Assembly (NCBI GenBank): GCA_907165135.1
Contig: OU015569.1
Coordinates: 8,184,001-8,248,000 of the forward strand
Source: Oikopleura dioica
Taxonomy: Eukaryota > Animalia > Chordata
Length of the DNA stretch: 64,000 nucleotides
Reading direction: 5' to 3'
The number at the start of each line of letters is the position of its first letter. The first letter of the stretch is position 1. A model generated the notes under the pieces. That model ran no database searches. It saw only the letters and a list, made by a program, of their open reading frames with translations, and was not told where the DNA came from. Positions 36,731 through 50,084 of this stretch are shown here, in pieces. A program made the translations under genes and the position numbers.

Positions 36731-37960
36731 TTAATCTATTTCCCCAAGACCATATAATTTGACCTTTATCATTTGTATAGTCTTATTTGCAGGTAAATCC
36801 CTGGCGCCAAATATGGAGTATCTTGACCGGTACCCGAGAAAAATCATTTTTGGCCGGCTAGGGTTAAGAACGCATTCTACTCTTTCTTCCTTATTGAACT
36901 CTTCTTCGCACAAATGGTATCTCATGTTCTCATTCACTAAATATGCTTTGAACGTTTTCAATAATAAATTATTCGGAACCTGCATTCAGGGTTCGAAAAC
37001 TCATGAGCGCGTGAGCACGCGAGTGACAAAGCAAGGACAATCCAGGAAAATGATAAAACCATCTTCGATTATTTTTCTAGCGTCTCTTTTTCGCTGCAAA
37101 AGTGCTCTCTTCAAAGGCCATTTTGGGCGCCTCATCGCTCTTGGAAAGCTCTAATTTTCTCCTTTGATTAAAGCTGTTGCCTACTCTTGCTTGTTTATGA
37201 GTGTTTTTATGGGTGAGGTTTAAAGAGTGTTTTGTTTTAGTAGAGAAAGCGGAGAAGAAAGAGGATTTTACGAATAGTGGCCGGGCGGACCCTAGGCGCG
37301 CCACGAGCTAATACCTCTCATTTATAATTCAGCCATCATAGTACAATGAAACTCGAATTATATACCCATCCGAATTTCGTCTTTACATGTTCAATGAGGC
37401 CTTCTGGCATACCATCAATCAGTTTACATTTTTATAATATTAATTCCCCGCGCATATTGTTTTTAATCTAGTGACTATGTCCGAGAGGGCACCTTTTAAT
37501 CCCTTTTTAATTAAATTTTTTCCATTTGATTCAGGCAAGATCGAAAGTGATATTTAGTCTTGGAAAATGGCGAATAGAGAAATGTTCGCAGATCAAAATT
37601 TTGAAGTTAATTGATGTTGCTTTTTGTCCCCCTTTGTACGGATGGCCTGCTCCCAGCGAGATTCCACAGTATGTCCTCAATATCATGGGAACAAAGAGAA
37701 TCGACGAGAACAGCTACGCGATCGTTTTTCTCAAGATCTGCTCGTTTGTCATAGCCGTCTTCGCCAGCTACAAAGTAATCTCGATTCTCAAGCTTTACAT
37801 CTGGATAGCTCAGCATCTCGGTTCCTGGGCTAAACTCAGTGATCCATTCTTCCATTCTTCCATTCTATCTGAATAACTTGATCCTTGTCATTTTGTTCCT
37901 CTGCGGCGGCGGGTCGATTCTAGCGCTGAAGATCCCCTCCTTCGACGAGAACGACCCAAC
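36731..37960 (-). CDS. Hypothetical multi-exon protein
   Basis: Coding-like exons EEWITEFSPGTEML...EDILWNL and ...LKTFKAYLVNENMRYHLCEE...; family not recognised, ends uncertain. Confidence 0.35.
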
Positions 37961-38447
37961 ACTCCATATCCTTCAATTTTTTTCGATGCCTTCTGGTTAA
38001 TTTAAAATTTTCAAAAATGGCTCAAAATGATCCTCTCAAGAAGGCGCTTCGAATGAGGGGTGACTCTTGTTAGGCGCACGACCTTCGATTTTTTTGGCCA
38101 ACCCTACTACCCATCTTAGTAACTCTTATGTATCAGGCTAGAATTCGCCAATAATGCTTTAACTCTTCTATAAGATTTGTTCTTCTCGGAATGCAATCTG
38201 GAATAAAGAAAGGATCTTGTTTGTTCCATTTTCTTTGAAATCAAGGAAGACTCACATTTTCATCCTCTTCCAGGCAGAAATCGAAGAAAACTACGACATT
38301 CACCAAAATCGCCAAGATAAATCCGATTCAAGCCGTAATGCCTCGTTCGCCTCAAGAAGTCAACTACAAAACCTCGGTGATTCAATTCCGCTGTGGCCAA
38401 GATTCACATCTACAGAAACGCGCACACAGCAATCTGAGCCAGATACC

Positions 38448-39083
38448 TAGGCTTACCGGACTGATTTTTGGCCGATTTTTCTAGCTTAGTTGGGGGGTCT
38501 TATGATACAGCTTTAGAAAGCCCAGAAGCTGAGCTTTCATTTGGGCACAATATCAAGGGGTCAAGGTCATGCCCCCAAGGGAAATTATGTGACCGGAAGT
38601 TCCAAAATAGGCACTTGAACTCTTCAATCGATTTTTTCGATGTGTTTAGGAGCTCAAGAGCCTTGAGGAGCGGTTGGGATAGAAAGCTCAGACTCTAAGC
38701 TTTCTGTAAAGCCCATAAAATCTAGCTGCCCTCGGCTCTAGCGCCTTCTTGTGGCCCTAGAAGTTGACTTCATAAGTGCTTAAGTCGAGAATCTTCAGGT
38801 TTCGAGTCGAATTTCCGACTTCTTAACTTACTTGTTATATTTATAAAACAATTCCAGCCGTTCCTAAAGGCTCAGGAGTTCCTAAACGTATCGAAAAAAT
38901 TGATTGAAGACTTCTAGTGCCTATATTGAGACTTCCGGTCCCATAAATTGCCTTGGGGGCATGACTCAGACCCCTTTATTCTGTGCCCAAATGAAAGCTC
39001 AGGACATGGGCTTTCTAAATATATGTGACATGACCCCCAAATTAAGCTAGAAAAATGTGCCGAAATTTAGTCCGGTAAGCCTA
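38448..39083. mobile_element. Non-autonomous foldback DNA transposon (MITE, hAT-like)
   Basis: Perfect 15-bp terminal inverted repeat TAGGCTTACCGGACT, extending as imperfect ~230-bp arms. 8-bp TSD CAGATACC at 38440-38447 and 39084-39091. Confidence 0.92.
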
Positions 39084-39517
39084 CAGATACCTCGGCATGT
39101 CACTATGCCTAGCTTTCATGCTGAACAAATTACACAGTTTTAAGTTAGAACTTTCGACTTTGTTTTTTTTACTTTTAAATGCGAAAGCAAGACAGTTTTG
39201 TTTTAGAAGGGCATTTTATAGGTGCGTTCTTATTTTTGAAACGAGTTTCAACCAATCGGAGTGCTGATGGACGTAGAGCGTTTAGAAAGCGGGATCGAGC
39301 GCCACCATTCTTCACCGCCTACGCAATTTCCCTCGTGCCATACGCCCACGAGCCCGATTAGAAATGCCTAGTCCAACTGGCCCAGTTGCGGGACACCACA
39401 CGTGTTAAGTTTATGTCAGAGATTTTATGGACTACTCCAACTTTTCAAGAGTCTTGATTATACGGAAAAACTTTATAATTTAGCATTAATTTATTTCAGA
39501 CCAGAACGAATACGTGA

Positions 39518-40485
<968 letters not shown>

Positions 40486-40737
40486 GGAAGAACTGTTCTC
40501 CCTCCTCACGAAAGTAGCTCCATTCATTTTATAGACACTGCCCCTTTATCAATCGAATAAAAGTTTTTAAACTCCGAAGAAAAAATCGTTGAGAGCATTC
40601 ATGACAGGGATTCCTGACGTTTAGCATCATAAATGCCCGTTATATTTTTGATCTCCGCAAAAGCAACTTTTGATCTTATCTAGGCAGTCGACAAGTAGAA
40701 CGGCTGCAAAGATTTAAACTTACAAAGAGAATTTGAA

Positions 40738-41895
40738 ATGTCCGAATGCAATCTGACAGAAATAAATTGTATGGAAATGCCCGGGTCATTAGGAAAGTCT
40801 CCAATTAATCTGCTTTTATTTAATAAATAAATAATACAGGATTTTTGAAAACTTAATCGAGGCGACTATTACCTTACGAGAAATTTTCCATTGGCACCAG
40901 TTTTCTCCGGTATCTAAAGACTCGTTATTCCATATTTAGATACTTTTAGGTTTGGGATACTCAACAGACAGCGACAAGCGTACTTATGTTGCGATACTCT
41001 TCGTCCTTGCGTTATTGGGGAGTATGATTGATGTAACTTGTAAATAAAAAGTCGGCGTGATAATCAGATATTCAGGAGATGAGCGTTTTTCTACAAGATT
41101 TTCTTCGGGAGCGCAACGACTCCCCCTGTCTCCATGATTGGTGAAAAATAATAGGCTATAAATTGGCTCCTTTTTATCAGAAATTATTTCTTCCTTTTTC
41201 ACCATGCATTGAGTTACACATTGTTTTATCGACACGATTACGTCTGCGGTCAAACTTCTGCTAGGTTACAAATCATAAATTTACCCGAATACATTTTAAT
41301 TTCAGTGGTTTCGTTACAAGACACCAGTTTGTGGAGTGCCCTAGCGATTTGGCTCGGCTGGTGGTCTGGCGTCACTATTTACAGGCATCTTTCTAAACAT
41401 GAAGTGTCGCTTATACTGTTTTTACAGTCTACAGTTTTTTGTTATCAGCTATCTATTTTGAAATGAAAAAAGTATTTTTGTTCTTTGGGAAAAGAAAACG
41501 AAAGGTATTTTTTTAATAAAATATTAAAAATAATGAGACATGCATCTATTAAATTTAGGGATGTTTATATTCCCTCCACCTGCTCCAAAACCGAAATCGA
41601 AAACACCTGAACTTGTTCGACTTCAACCAGGCCACAATTCGGATGAAAATAACGCTGGAGAGGTGGAAGTGTTCGACGACGTCGATCCTTACGACTTTGA
41701 CTCGGTGAAATCATTCACCTTTCAACGCAACCACGTCTACAGGTAATTTTATTCCCAGCGAAAGTAAACCACATGAGACACATCTTAAGCCTGGCTGAGG
41801 ACGAAGATCCTACGAACGGAGTATTAAATCGCCAAGCTCGGTTGAGTACTTTTAATCCAGAAGAAGGACACTCTTGGGAGACTATTCCTGAATAA
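40738..41895 (+). CDS. Hypothetical membrane protein
   Basis: Hydrophobic exons TYVAILFVLALLGSMID and LWSALAIWLGWWSGVTIY, acidic tail ending SWETIPE*; start uncertain. Confidence 0.4.
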
Positions 41896-42649
41896 TACTG
41901 TACATGGAGTTGAAAAAATAAAGAAATTTATCGAACTAATTTGGGGGCCAAAGAGAATCGCAGGGTCAAAGAGAAGTCACCCGCCAGGTGTTTTATCTCA
42001 CGTTTATGGAATACCGGATAGGTTTTTGAAGAAACGAAAGAGCTTATCTGACACTTTGAGTTCTCCTCTATTTCGAAAAGTCTGAGAGAACACGCACAAA
42101 GTTATTGACAACAAACATGGAAGCATGATATGTCTTCAACGACAGGGCAAAACAGTGTTTTTGGCTACAGTTGTAGAGACTGATACAAATCATGACACCG
42201 CTGATTACGGGTTTGGGGAAAATAAAAGTACTCGAAGTTGAAAGGTGTCTTTTTTGAAAATTGATCCCGATGTCATAATCTCGCGGTCTATCTCGCGAGA
42301 TGGGACTCAAGACTCGCACCACTACTGCACATCCGCTGTGGTCATCATTATCCGATAATTTTTGTTTTCGTCGAGGTCGCTTGCCTAACAAGTTAAGAAC
42401 CCGAAAATAGACATCATAAAGTCAAGAGAAAAGTATAGCTTTCGCAAGTGGTCGCCAATGATGAATAGAAGTAATTTCACATTTGCCCTTCGTCTCAAAT
42501 TTTTGTCTTCTTTCTTTGACACCGATTGGTTGGTGCCCTTGGCCTTTTCTCTTTCACCAATCGGCATTCGGCGAAACTGACCGTAAATTTTAATTGATTT
42601 TTAAGTTTTGATACGGAGAGAATGTCAAAAATAAATCCTTCACTCGTCC

Positions 42650-43544
42650 ACTCTTATGGGAATGTTGGGCCATGTAAAAACTGTTATTACACGGTTAAAG
42701 AAAAGGGAAGATGGAAGGATATGCATTATATAACCGAAGAGATGGCGATGCTTCAAAATGGCGAAGCAATATGTAAATATTGGATAGGATTTTATTAAAA
42801 GCCAAAAATCTCTTTGATTTTTCGTCATTATTATTAAAAAATGAGTAAAAGCCTTGAAAGTGTTGATAGCGCCTTCAAGCCTGAAAGGCATGAGCTTGTT
42901 CGGTCTGATGCAGAGCTGAAGTGCCCGGCTAAAAATTGCGATGTGAAAAATCTTTCTTGGAGAGAGTACGGGATCGGAAAATGTTGTGCTCCAGCGATGG
43001 TAAAACAAAGTGGAAAAGGCTAGGGCTTTGAATTTTAATAGTATTTAATTAGTTCTAGTAATAAACTTTCAAAACTCAAAATAGACAGGCAGGAGTACGT
43101 AACTTTGGTTATGAAAAATTTGAATGAGGCCAGAGCTGTCGAGCGTGAGGCTGTAATCAGGATCGAAAAGGCAGAAATTACCATCAAAAAGCGGAAGAGA
43201 AATTGGAATGGGAGAAAAAGTATCTCGAATGGGCGAAAAAGGATACTGAAAGAATGGAAGCGTCCTTGAAAACTGCCTACATTGGAGCTTTGCGAGAGAT
43301 GGGCGCCTCAGGTTCAAATGCCTCAAGTTCAAATGCAATTATTTACAATAATTAATTTTCAGAAGATAAGGAAGAGGGCAGTTGTGACATCTGCTTCGAA
43401 GGCTACGACAAACAGGTGCGACGCGAGTGTACTCTCCTCTGCGGACATCGATATTGCCTCCATTGTTTGACTGGTCTCAAAGAGAAGTTCTGCCCAACCT
43501 GTCGTATCCAGTTCACAAACGAACAGATTATCAAACTCTTCTGA
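42650..43544 (+). CDS. C-terminal C3HC4 RING finger protein with upstream Cys-rich and coiled-coil segments
   Basis: Last exon (missing from the ORF track): SCDICFEGYDKQVRRECTLLCGHRYCLHCLTGLKEKFCPTCRIQFTNEQIIKLF*. Upstream exons contain CKNC, CPAKNC and EEKLEWEKKYLEW. Start uncertain. Confidence 0.75.
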
Positions 43545-43699
43545 AAAAAATAACGTATTATTTTATTCACCAGAAGTGGTTAGAAATACAAAATTGAAAA
43601 TTGAAAATCAACAACGTAAATTGAATAGAATATATATTATTTATATGTCTTTAACATCCACAAATAAAAAAACACGCATGAAAAATTGGGCTTATTTCC

Positions 43700-44740
43700 G
43701 ATTAAACTCTAGTTGGCGCGCGCTGATGGTGCAGCGCCACCATCGTTACCTGCGAACGCATTGATATAGCCACCGTTGGCAATAGATCACCAGCAGTAGC
43801 TTTTTTGAGAGACCTAATGAAGATACTATTTTCGCTCCCATTTGCTTTCGCGGAACCCGTTCTTCACAGAGTCACGAGGTATTAGAAAAGAAGCTTCCGA
43901 GAAAGTAAATGCGTGTGTTTTTAAGAGATAGCAATGCTAGTGTAGAGCCAGAAGCCGGTAGGCTGGAAGTAGGCACTGGAGGGGAAGATCGTCGATACGT
44001 CCAACTTGTAGATCAGATCAAATACTTCAATCCAGCTTTTGATCACAGAAAATTCTGGGCGTATGGTTGCAATTGTCTGCTTTTAGGTACGAGAGACAAT
44101 AAAAAGTATATCCTTATCAATATTTCAGGAGACCGACCGATGTCTGATCCAGGTTGGGGTCCACCCATCGACGCTCTGGACACAGTTTGCAAACATTATA
44201 AGGTATCGCGGTGCAAGAGTCGCAGTATTTTACATTTGAATTAAGGATTGTGCTCAATGTGCCAAAAAGAAGCATGGGGAGATGTGCATTAATGAATTTG
44301 TGAGATATAAATACAGTAAAACGTAAGTCAGGACCATAAACGAAATAAGTTTACAAAAATCTAGTCAATACGCGAACGGAAACTCGATGTGCAGAGACGC
44401 GCCTAATTCTTGTGCGAGAGATCTATGTGAATGCGATTTTGCCTTTGCAAAAGCACACTACCCAGCAATAGATGTTTTCAATTATGACTATCATCTCTTC
44501 TGGACAACCACGAATTGGTATCCCGAAGATAACTGTCCACAACCGCCCGGCTCTGTTCCAGTTGCACCTCAATGCTGTTATTCTCTTACTGGCCCAGCTG
44601 TGATTTACAATAGGAAGGGATTAACTTTTTCATAAATTATAAATATCATTCTTCGATCAATATTGATCATAAATAAAGTAATCCCTATGAGCCTTACTCA
44701 TACGTGCGATGCATCTGGTGCTATAACGAAAAATGAATAA
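43700..44740 (+). CDS. Secreted phospholipase A2-fold protein, catalytic His-Asp lost
   Basis: AYGCNC...GPPIDALDTVCKHYKDCAQC, CARDLCECDFAFAK, and a Cys-rich tail (PQCC). Start and end approximate. Confidence 0.75.
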
Positions 44741-45179
44741 TCTGCGAAATATAAACTTGTATATTTTTAAAAAGACGGTATATGACAGACAGTTTGATAA
44801 CTATCCGACACAACGAGAACTTAAATAGCTGGCATGATCGTATAGTTATCCAATTACTCTGCTCATAAGTTGAAAATTAACGATTTTAGCGATCCTTCTC
44901 TGACGATTCATTCTCACATGTATGAAAAGAAATAATTTTGAACAGAAATGTTCAACTGGCTCTCTGGTCTGAGCGAATTGCAACATTTCTTGTTAAAATG
45001 AACAAAGTAATATCAAATTTCAATCTGATAGTACCACTTATGATATACAACTTTGGCCGTCTATAAAGCCTGACTGTAAATAAACAAAATTATCATATGC
45101 ATCGATGTGTGTTTCTTTTATTAGTATCTATTTAAGGTCAAATTGTAGCCCATGAACTGTGATTAGTTTAGTGATGAGT

Positions 45180-47183
45180 CTATTCATGCTGCAAGATGTG
45201 CCATTTTTGGTTATCGCCACCGTGGCGAGGATAAGTACCGATGTGGACGCCAATATCTTCGGATGCGTAGGGAATGTCAAGTACATTTCCTTGATTAAAA
45301 AGATAGTTCGATTTGTATCTTAAAACTTTTGATTGATGGGGGACAGGAGTAAGGAAATACTAACCTCCATAGCTGGCTTACTTTGTCTTCCTCAAACGCT
45401 TTCAAGAAGAGGTTATCTGGCCCAGCGTCTCCTTCAACATCAAGGACACAATCTTTTGAATAACGATAAATTCAAATTTTGAGTATCAAGTCTAAACCTG
45501 GATTTGCCACAGAAGCGATGAGTGCAAGTTTTGTCGATGGATCGTACGAAATGTTCCATAGCTGGCTCTCTTCTTCAAGCCATTCATCTTGCACTACCTA
45601 AATTTTCTTTATTTGACTAGTAATAATTCTAATAAACTAACCGCTCCATCTTCTTCGCCCCCAGGAATGGTCAACACATGTCCAGAAAGTTCAGACATGA
45701 TGTACACATTTTCTAATGTAACGCCTGCCTTCATTTTGTCCTAAAACTTGAAGTTTCAAATATCTGTGATCATGAAAGGATGTAGTCACCTGAATACTGG
45801 CTCCGTCATCAACTTCTGGTGCTTCCTCTTCTTCTTCCTCCTCATCTTCTTCATCTTCAGCATCTTCCATTTCGGGCGTCCATTCCTCTGCACATCCATT
45901 CCCACGGACGACGGCTTTGAGCAATTCCTTCGCGTCACCTCGGAATCCTTTTTTGATGGCTTTGATTAAAGTGTAGCCAGCTTCTTCGAGGAATGTCTCA
46001 TTCACTTGCTCCAAGCAAGTCTAGAACAATCATTACAAATGCCAGAACATACCCCCATTTCTCTACCTCTGAAGTGTTGACAATGTGCCTAATCATTGTT
46101 TCCTCGTCCGTTCCTACGCCCTTCAACGCTTTTTGAATGGTCCGGGCGTAGTAATAAGCAGGGTGAGCTGCAAGTCGCACGATTGCTTTGTACCCCTTTC
46201 TCAAGTCGCGCGAGCATTCAGACTCAATAGCGGATTCGAGACTATTGCCAGCGATTTCTTCATACGCGGCAATAATCGCCCGCAATTGAAGAAGAGATCG
46301 TCGAGCAAAAATGAGGGTAAAAACAGACTCATCAGTTCCCCATCGGTCTTCGCCAGCCTCGTAGAGTTCCTGGGCGTCTGCTTGCGCGGCATCTTCGTCA
46401 ACTTCATCTGATTCTTCTCTTTGCGCCATGAGAACAGCCACAAGAAGTCGTTTGAAGTCTCCACGAGTGTCCGACTCAATGTCGGACTCAAGATCTCGAC
46501 CAAAAACTTCTGAGTAGGTTTCCTTGATTTCTTCGAGCTGCTCATTCGATTTCGTGCAGATGATTTCAATAAGTGCTTCTTCGTCCGTCCCAAGTCCTTT
46601 CATCGCTTTTCTGAGCTCTCGAGCGGCGTACTCTGCTGGTGGCCGCATCAAAGCTACAATTTTTCATCGAAACAAATTCATCGAGAAAATAGTGTCTTTT
46701 GAGATCACTCTTACTGAAAATACCTTTTAAACTACGGCGAAGATCATCTCGTCGAATTTTGTCCATTCGTTTGATCAAATCCTCGCCATAACATCCTTTA
46801 TAACGATTTTATTACTACTCTCGTGTTCAAATTTGTACACGAATGTATAAAACCACATTCCTTTGTATATGTCGGCAAGCTCCTGGCGCTGAGCATTATT
46901 GAGTTTCGTCACGATAGCGATGATTTTCTCCTCGTTGATTCCAATGCGCTCTAATTTAAATAAATAAATTACATAAAGTTAATTTTAGGTTCTTACTATG
47001 GAATGCTTTGTGAATCGCCTTAGCTTCAGTTTCGGCATCAAAGTCGGGAAATTCTCCGATGGTTCCCTAAAAGATTTATAAAAAAATCTTCCTCGAAGAT
47101 TGAAGAAAATCCAAAATAGTAATTTTTTATGTAAATACCTTGAAAGTGAGGCCACAAGCGAAATTCGAGCTAGAATTTCCCAT
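45180..47183 (-). CDS. Annexin with N-terminal MGNSSS, four-repeat core, acidic linker and C-terminal ricin-B lectin domain
   Basis: MKGLGTDEEALIEII, RWGTDESVF, LKGVGTDEETMIRHI; then EDAEDEEDEEEEEEE; then three subdomains ending QLW, QLW and NQKW; stop at 45180. Confidence 0.9.
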
Positions 47184-47926
47184 TTCGGATAAATTTTATG
47201 ATGATCTCTTTTGGATGATCGAATGCACGAAATAATGGCCGTATGCGTAGGGCTGCACGACAAAGGTAATATTTAATCTGTGAGTGAGAAAAAAGCGCAA
47301 ATTGAATCGTATGATAATAGGAAATCATTCTCATTCGCATACTCACTCTTCGTCTATTTTGTTTTGATGATTTTAAGAAATAAGACAGCTTAAATACTCA
47401 CTTATGAAATATATTTTATGCACAAAATAAAAGGGGCAGCTAAAAAACAACAACACAGAAATAATGATATCAAAGTGGTTACAGCTGCTCGAAAATTGCG
47501 TAGCGCCGTTGCTAAACAATTTTTTTTTATTTTCGGTTTTCACGAAATCGACGAAATGGAAATTTCGCCGGTAAACTACAATCGCGGACGGGCGAATTCT
47601 AGGTTTATTGAATTTGAAAAGAGTGCCTGCAGTAATTTTACTTCAAGAGATGGGATTGACCACGACACGAGTGCGAGCCCCGAAGACGACTTTCTCCAAC
47701 GCAACGGAAAACTAATTGCAACCACTGGCTTCAGCGCCGCTTTGTTTGCACAGAATGCAACAGATTTAGGGCTACTTCAATAGCATTTGCGATTTACTTT
47801 TTCCCTTTTTCTTTTAAACCTTTCCCGGAAGTAGCCCTGGATAGAACTTGGCGATAACATCAGGCGGCTTCAAGTTTGCTATAAATTACGATTGATAACG
47901 TGCGAGACTGACTGGTTTGTCGCTAG

Positions 47927-48300
47927 CTACATATTCCTCAGTATTTCTATGATTCTCCAAGTAGCACACGCTTTCATCGCTCTGGAACGGACTGATATAT
48001 CAAGACTCAAAAAGGTTGTCCATAAATCAGTCCATAAAAAAAGTATGTCCACAATGTAAACGTCGAGAAAGAACCGGCGCATCGAAAACTGCAACGCATG
48101 GAAGATTTTATTTCGCTCATAATTATCATCGTCAATTTCATTGAAAGTTTTACCATTAGGAAAGTTATAGAATGGCAAATCTTTTACAACAAAATAAGTA
48201 TCAAATGTAACCTTCGGAAGAACACAAATTTCAACCTTCCACATCCCGACTTCTACTGACCATCTGCTCCAAGCAACTCAACCAACAACTCTTTTTGTAA
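47927..48300 (-). CDS. Hypothetical protein
   Basis: 105-aa stop-free ORF with coding-like composition; no recognised homology. Confidence 0.25.
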
Positions 48301-49099
48301 ACGGCTCTGTGATCAACTGCATTCACCAAAAATAAAAATATTCTTCGTGACGGGCCGGAGGGACAATTATCTTTATTTTTATAAAGGCCACGGAATTTGA
48401 CGCAGGCTTCGGTTAATTTGATAAAGACTTTTTGGAAGCATTGATTGAGAGGAAAAAAAGGATAATTTCGTTACGTGAGTCAGATTTTATATTTAGAGGA
48501 TAACACTTTTTAAACTTCTAACTTCTTTCTAATGCTGTGTCCATCGAATGTTTGAACAGTTCTGATGCGGCGGCCGCGCTCCGTCCTCAATTATTTATTC
48601 CCTTTTCCCACCTACCTGTACAGGTGGAAAGTATATCCCGCCAAAGATACGATACTTGCTAGATTCGCGTTCAGAAGCGTCGTTAATGTGATCCCACCGG
48701 TTTAGAGCGAAAAGGTAAATTAATTACGAACAGAGCCGGATAAACGGATTACTCGAAAACATAATAACCGAAATTATGAATAAGTAATAGGACCCATAGG
48801 CAATAATTTCAGCTTTCTCTATCAGCTGCATAATTCAAGGACGGTGCTGCCGAAATCACTAAGAGAGGACGCTCAAAACGTCAGCAAGCACCTAAATTCT
48901 ACATACGAAATAAACTTCAAACACAGAGAAGCGAAGGAATAGAGACAAAATGAAGAAAGAATCACGAGAAATACGAATAATGGTGGGAACTCCCGCACTT
49001 CAGGTTTGTTAGACTTTTTTTATTCGAGGAAAATGATCTAAGGTAGAGAAGGATAAAAGTTCAAATGGGCAAATAGGTTCATCGCGCGCAGCTTTGAAC

Positions 49100-50084
49100 T
49101 TCAACTTAGGTCTCTTTCTCGTCATGAATTCAATTTTCCTCGTGATAGAATAAAAACATTCCCGGATTATTTCAAAATACCTATAGATCGTTATTGGAGC
49201 TGTGTTAGACGTGTTGCAAATGGTCAAATCTGAAAGGCTGAAGCCACGAGTAGACGCTGGAACTGCCAGCGATAGGCCATACGAAGCAGCAGTTGCTTCA
49301 ATTGGTGGTCTTGTCGCTGGATCAGCCGGACTTGCCTTGTTCTTCTTTCCGCGAAACATGCGACTCATCTATAGCTACCCCTTCCTATGCATATTTGGCG
49401 CGGGAGCTTCTATTTTTGGAATGGTGCAGTCTCTCATCGTTCGTAACAGCGTAGACGAGCTCGTCCATCTGCATTGGGCAGCAGGAAAATTAAAAAATAA
49501 AAACAAGCCAATAAAATATTCAAATAGACCAGATCATTTTCAATCAAAAAAGGTTCACCTTCTTAGGCCTAGTTGGACAAATTAGAACTTCTTTCAGCGG
49601 ATATTTTTGAGTAGCAGTGAACTCTCTTCCGATAAACAAAAGCGACATTTTTTAATTATGGAAAGCTGTTTTTGCCTCCTTTCTCACTTTTTATCATTTG
49701 AGTGGGTTTTACAATGGACTAGCGAATTTATTCTTAATACAGCGCAAACTGGAGGGAGAAAAGGAGCAACACTATCAGTCGACGTTCTCTGTTGTTTCGT
49801 CAAAACCACTAAATCAACACTCTGCAAGGCAAAACGGCGACGCTAAGATACCATTGACCTCTCAGACTGCGCAAGTAACGGTGAAAATAACAAATCCCTC
49901 GACGGAGCCTCCCACAACGACGGAAACGACGCGGTGCTTGATTGAAGAGAAAGCCTCAGTATCGGTAAGAAAACAATTCGTTTGGCCGGTTACTTCGATG
50001 ATGCCATGCTATGAAACAATAGCCTACGTTTTGAGTAGATCCCGGGCCTCACGAGATTTCTTGGCATCAGAGTGTGTCTTATAA
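49100..50084 (+). CDS. Multi-pass membrane protein, possibly CD20/MS4A-like
   Basis: Closely spaced hydrophobic segments IVIGAVLDVLQMV, SIGGLVAGSAGLALFFF, YPFLCIFGAGASIFGMVQSLIV, then a Thr/Pro-rich segment; exon chain incomplete. Confidence 0.35.
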
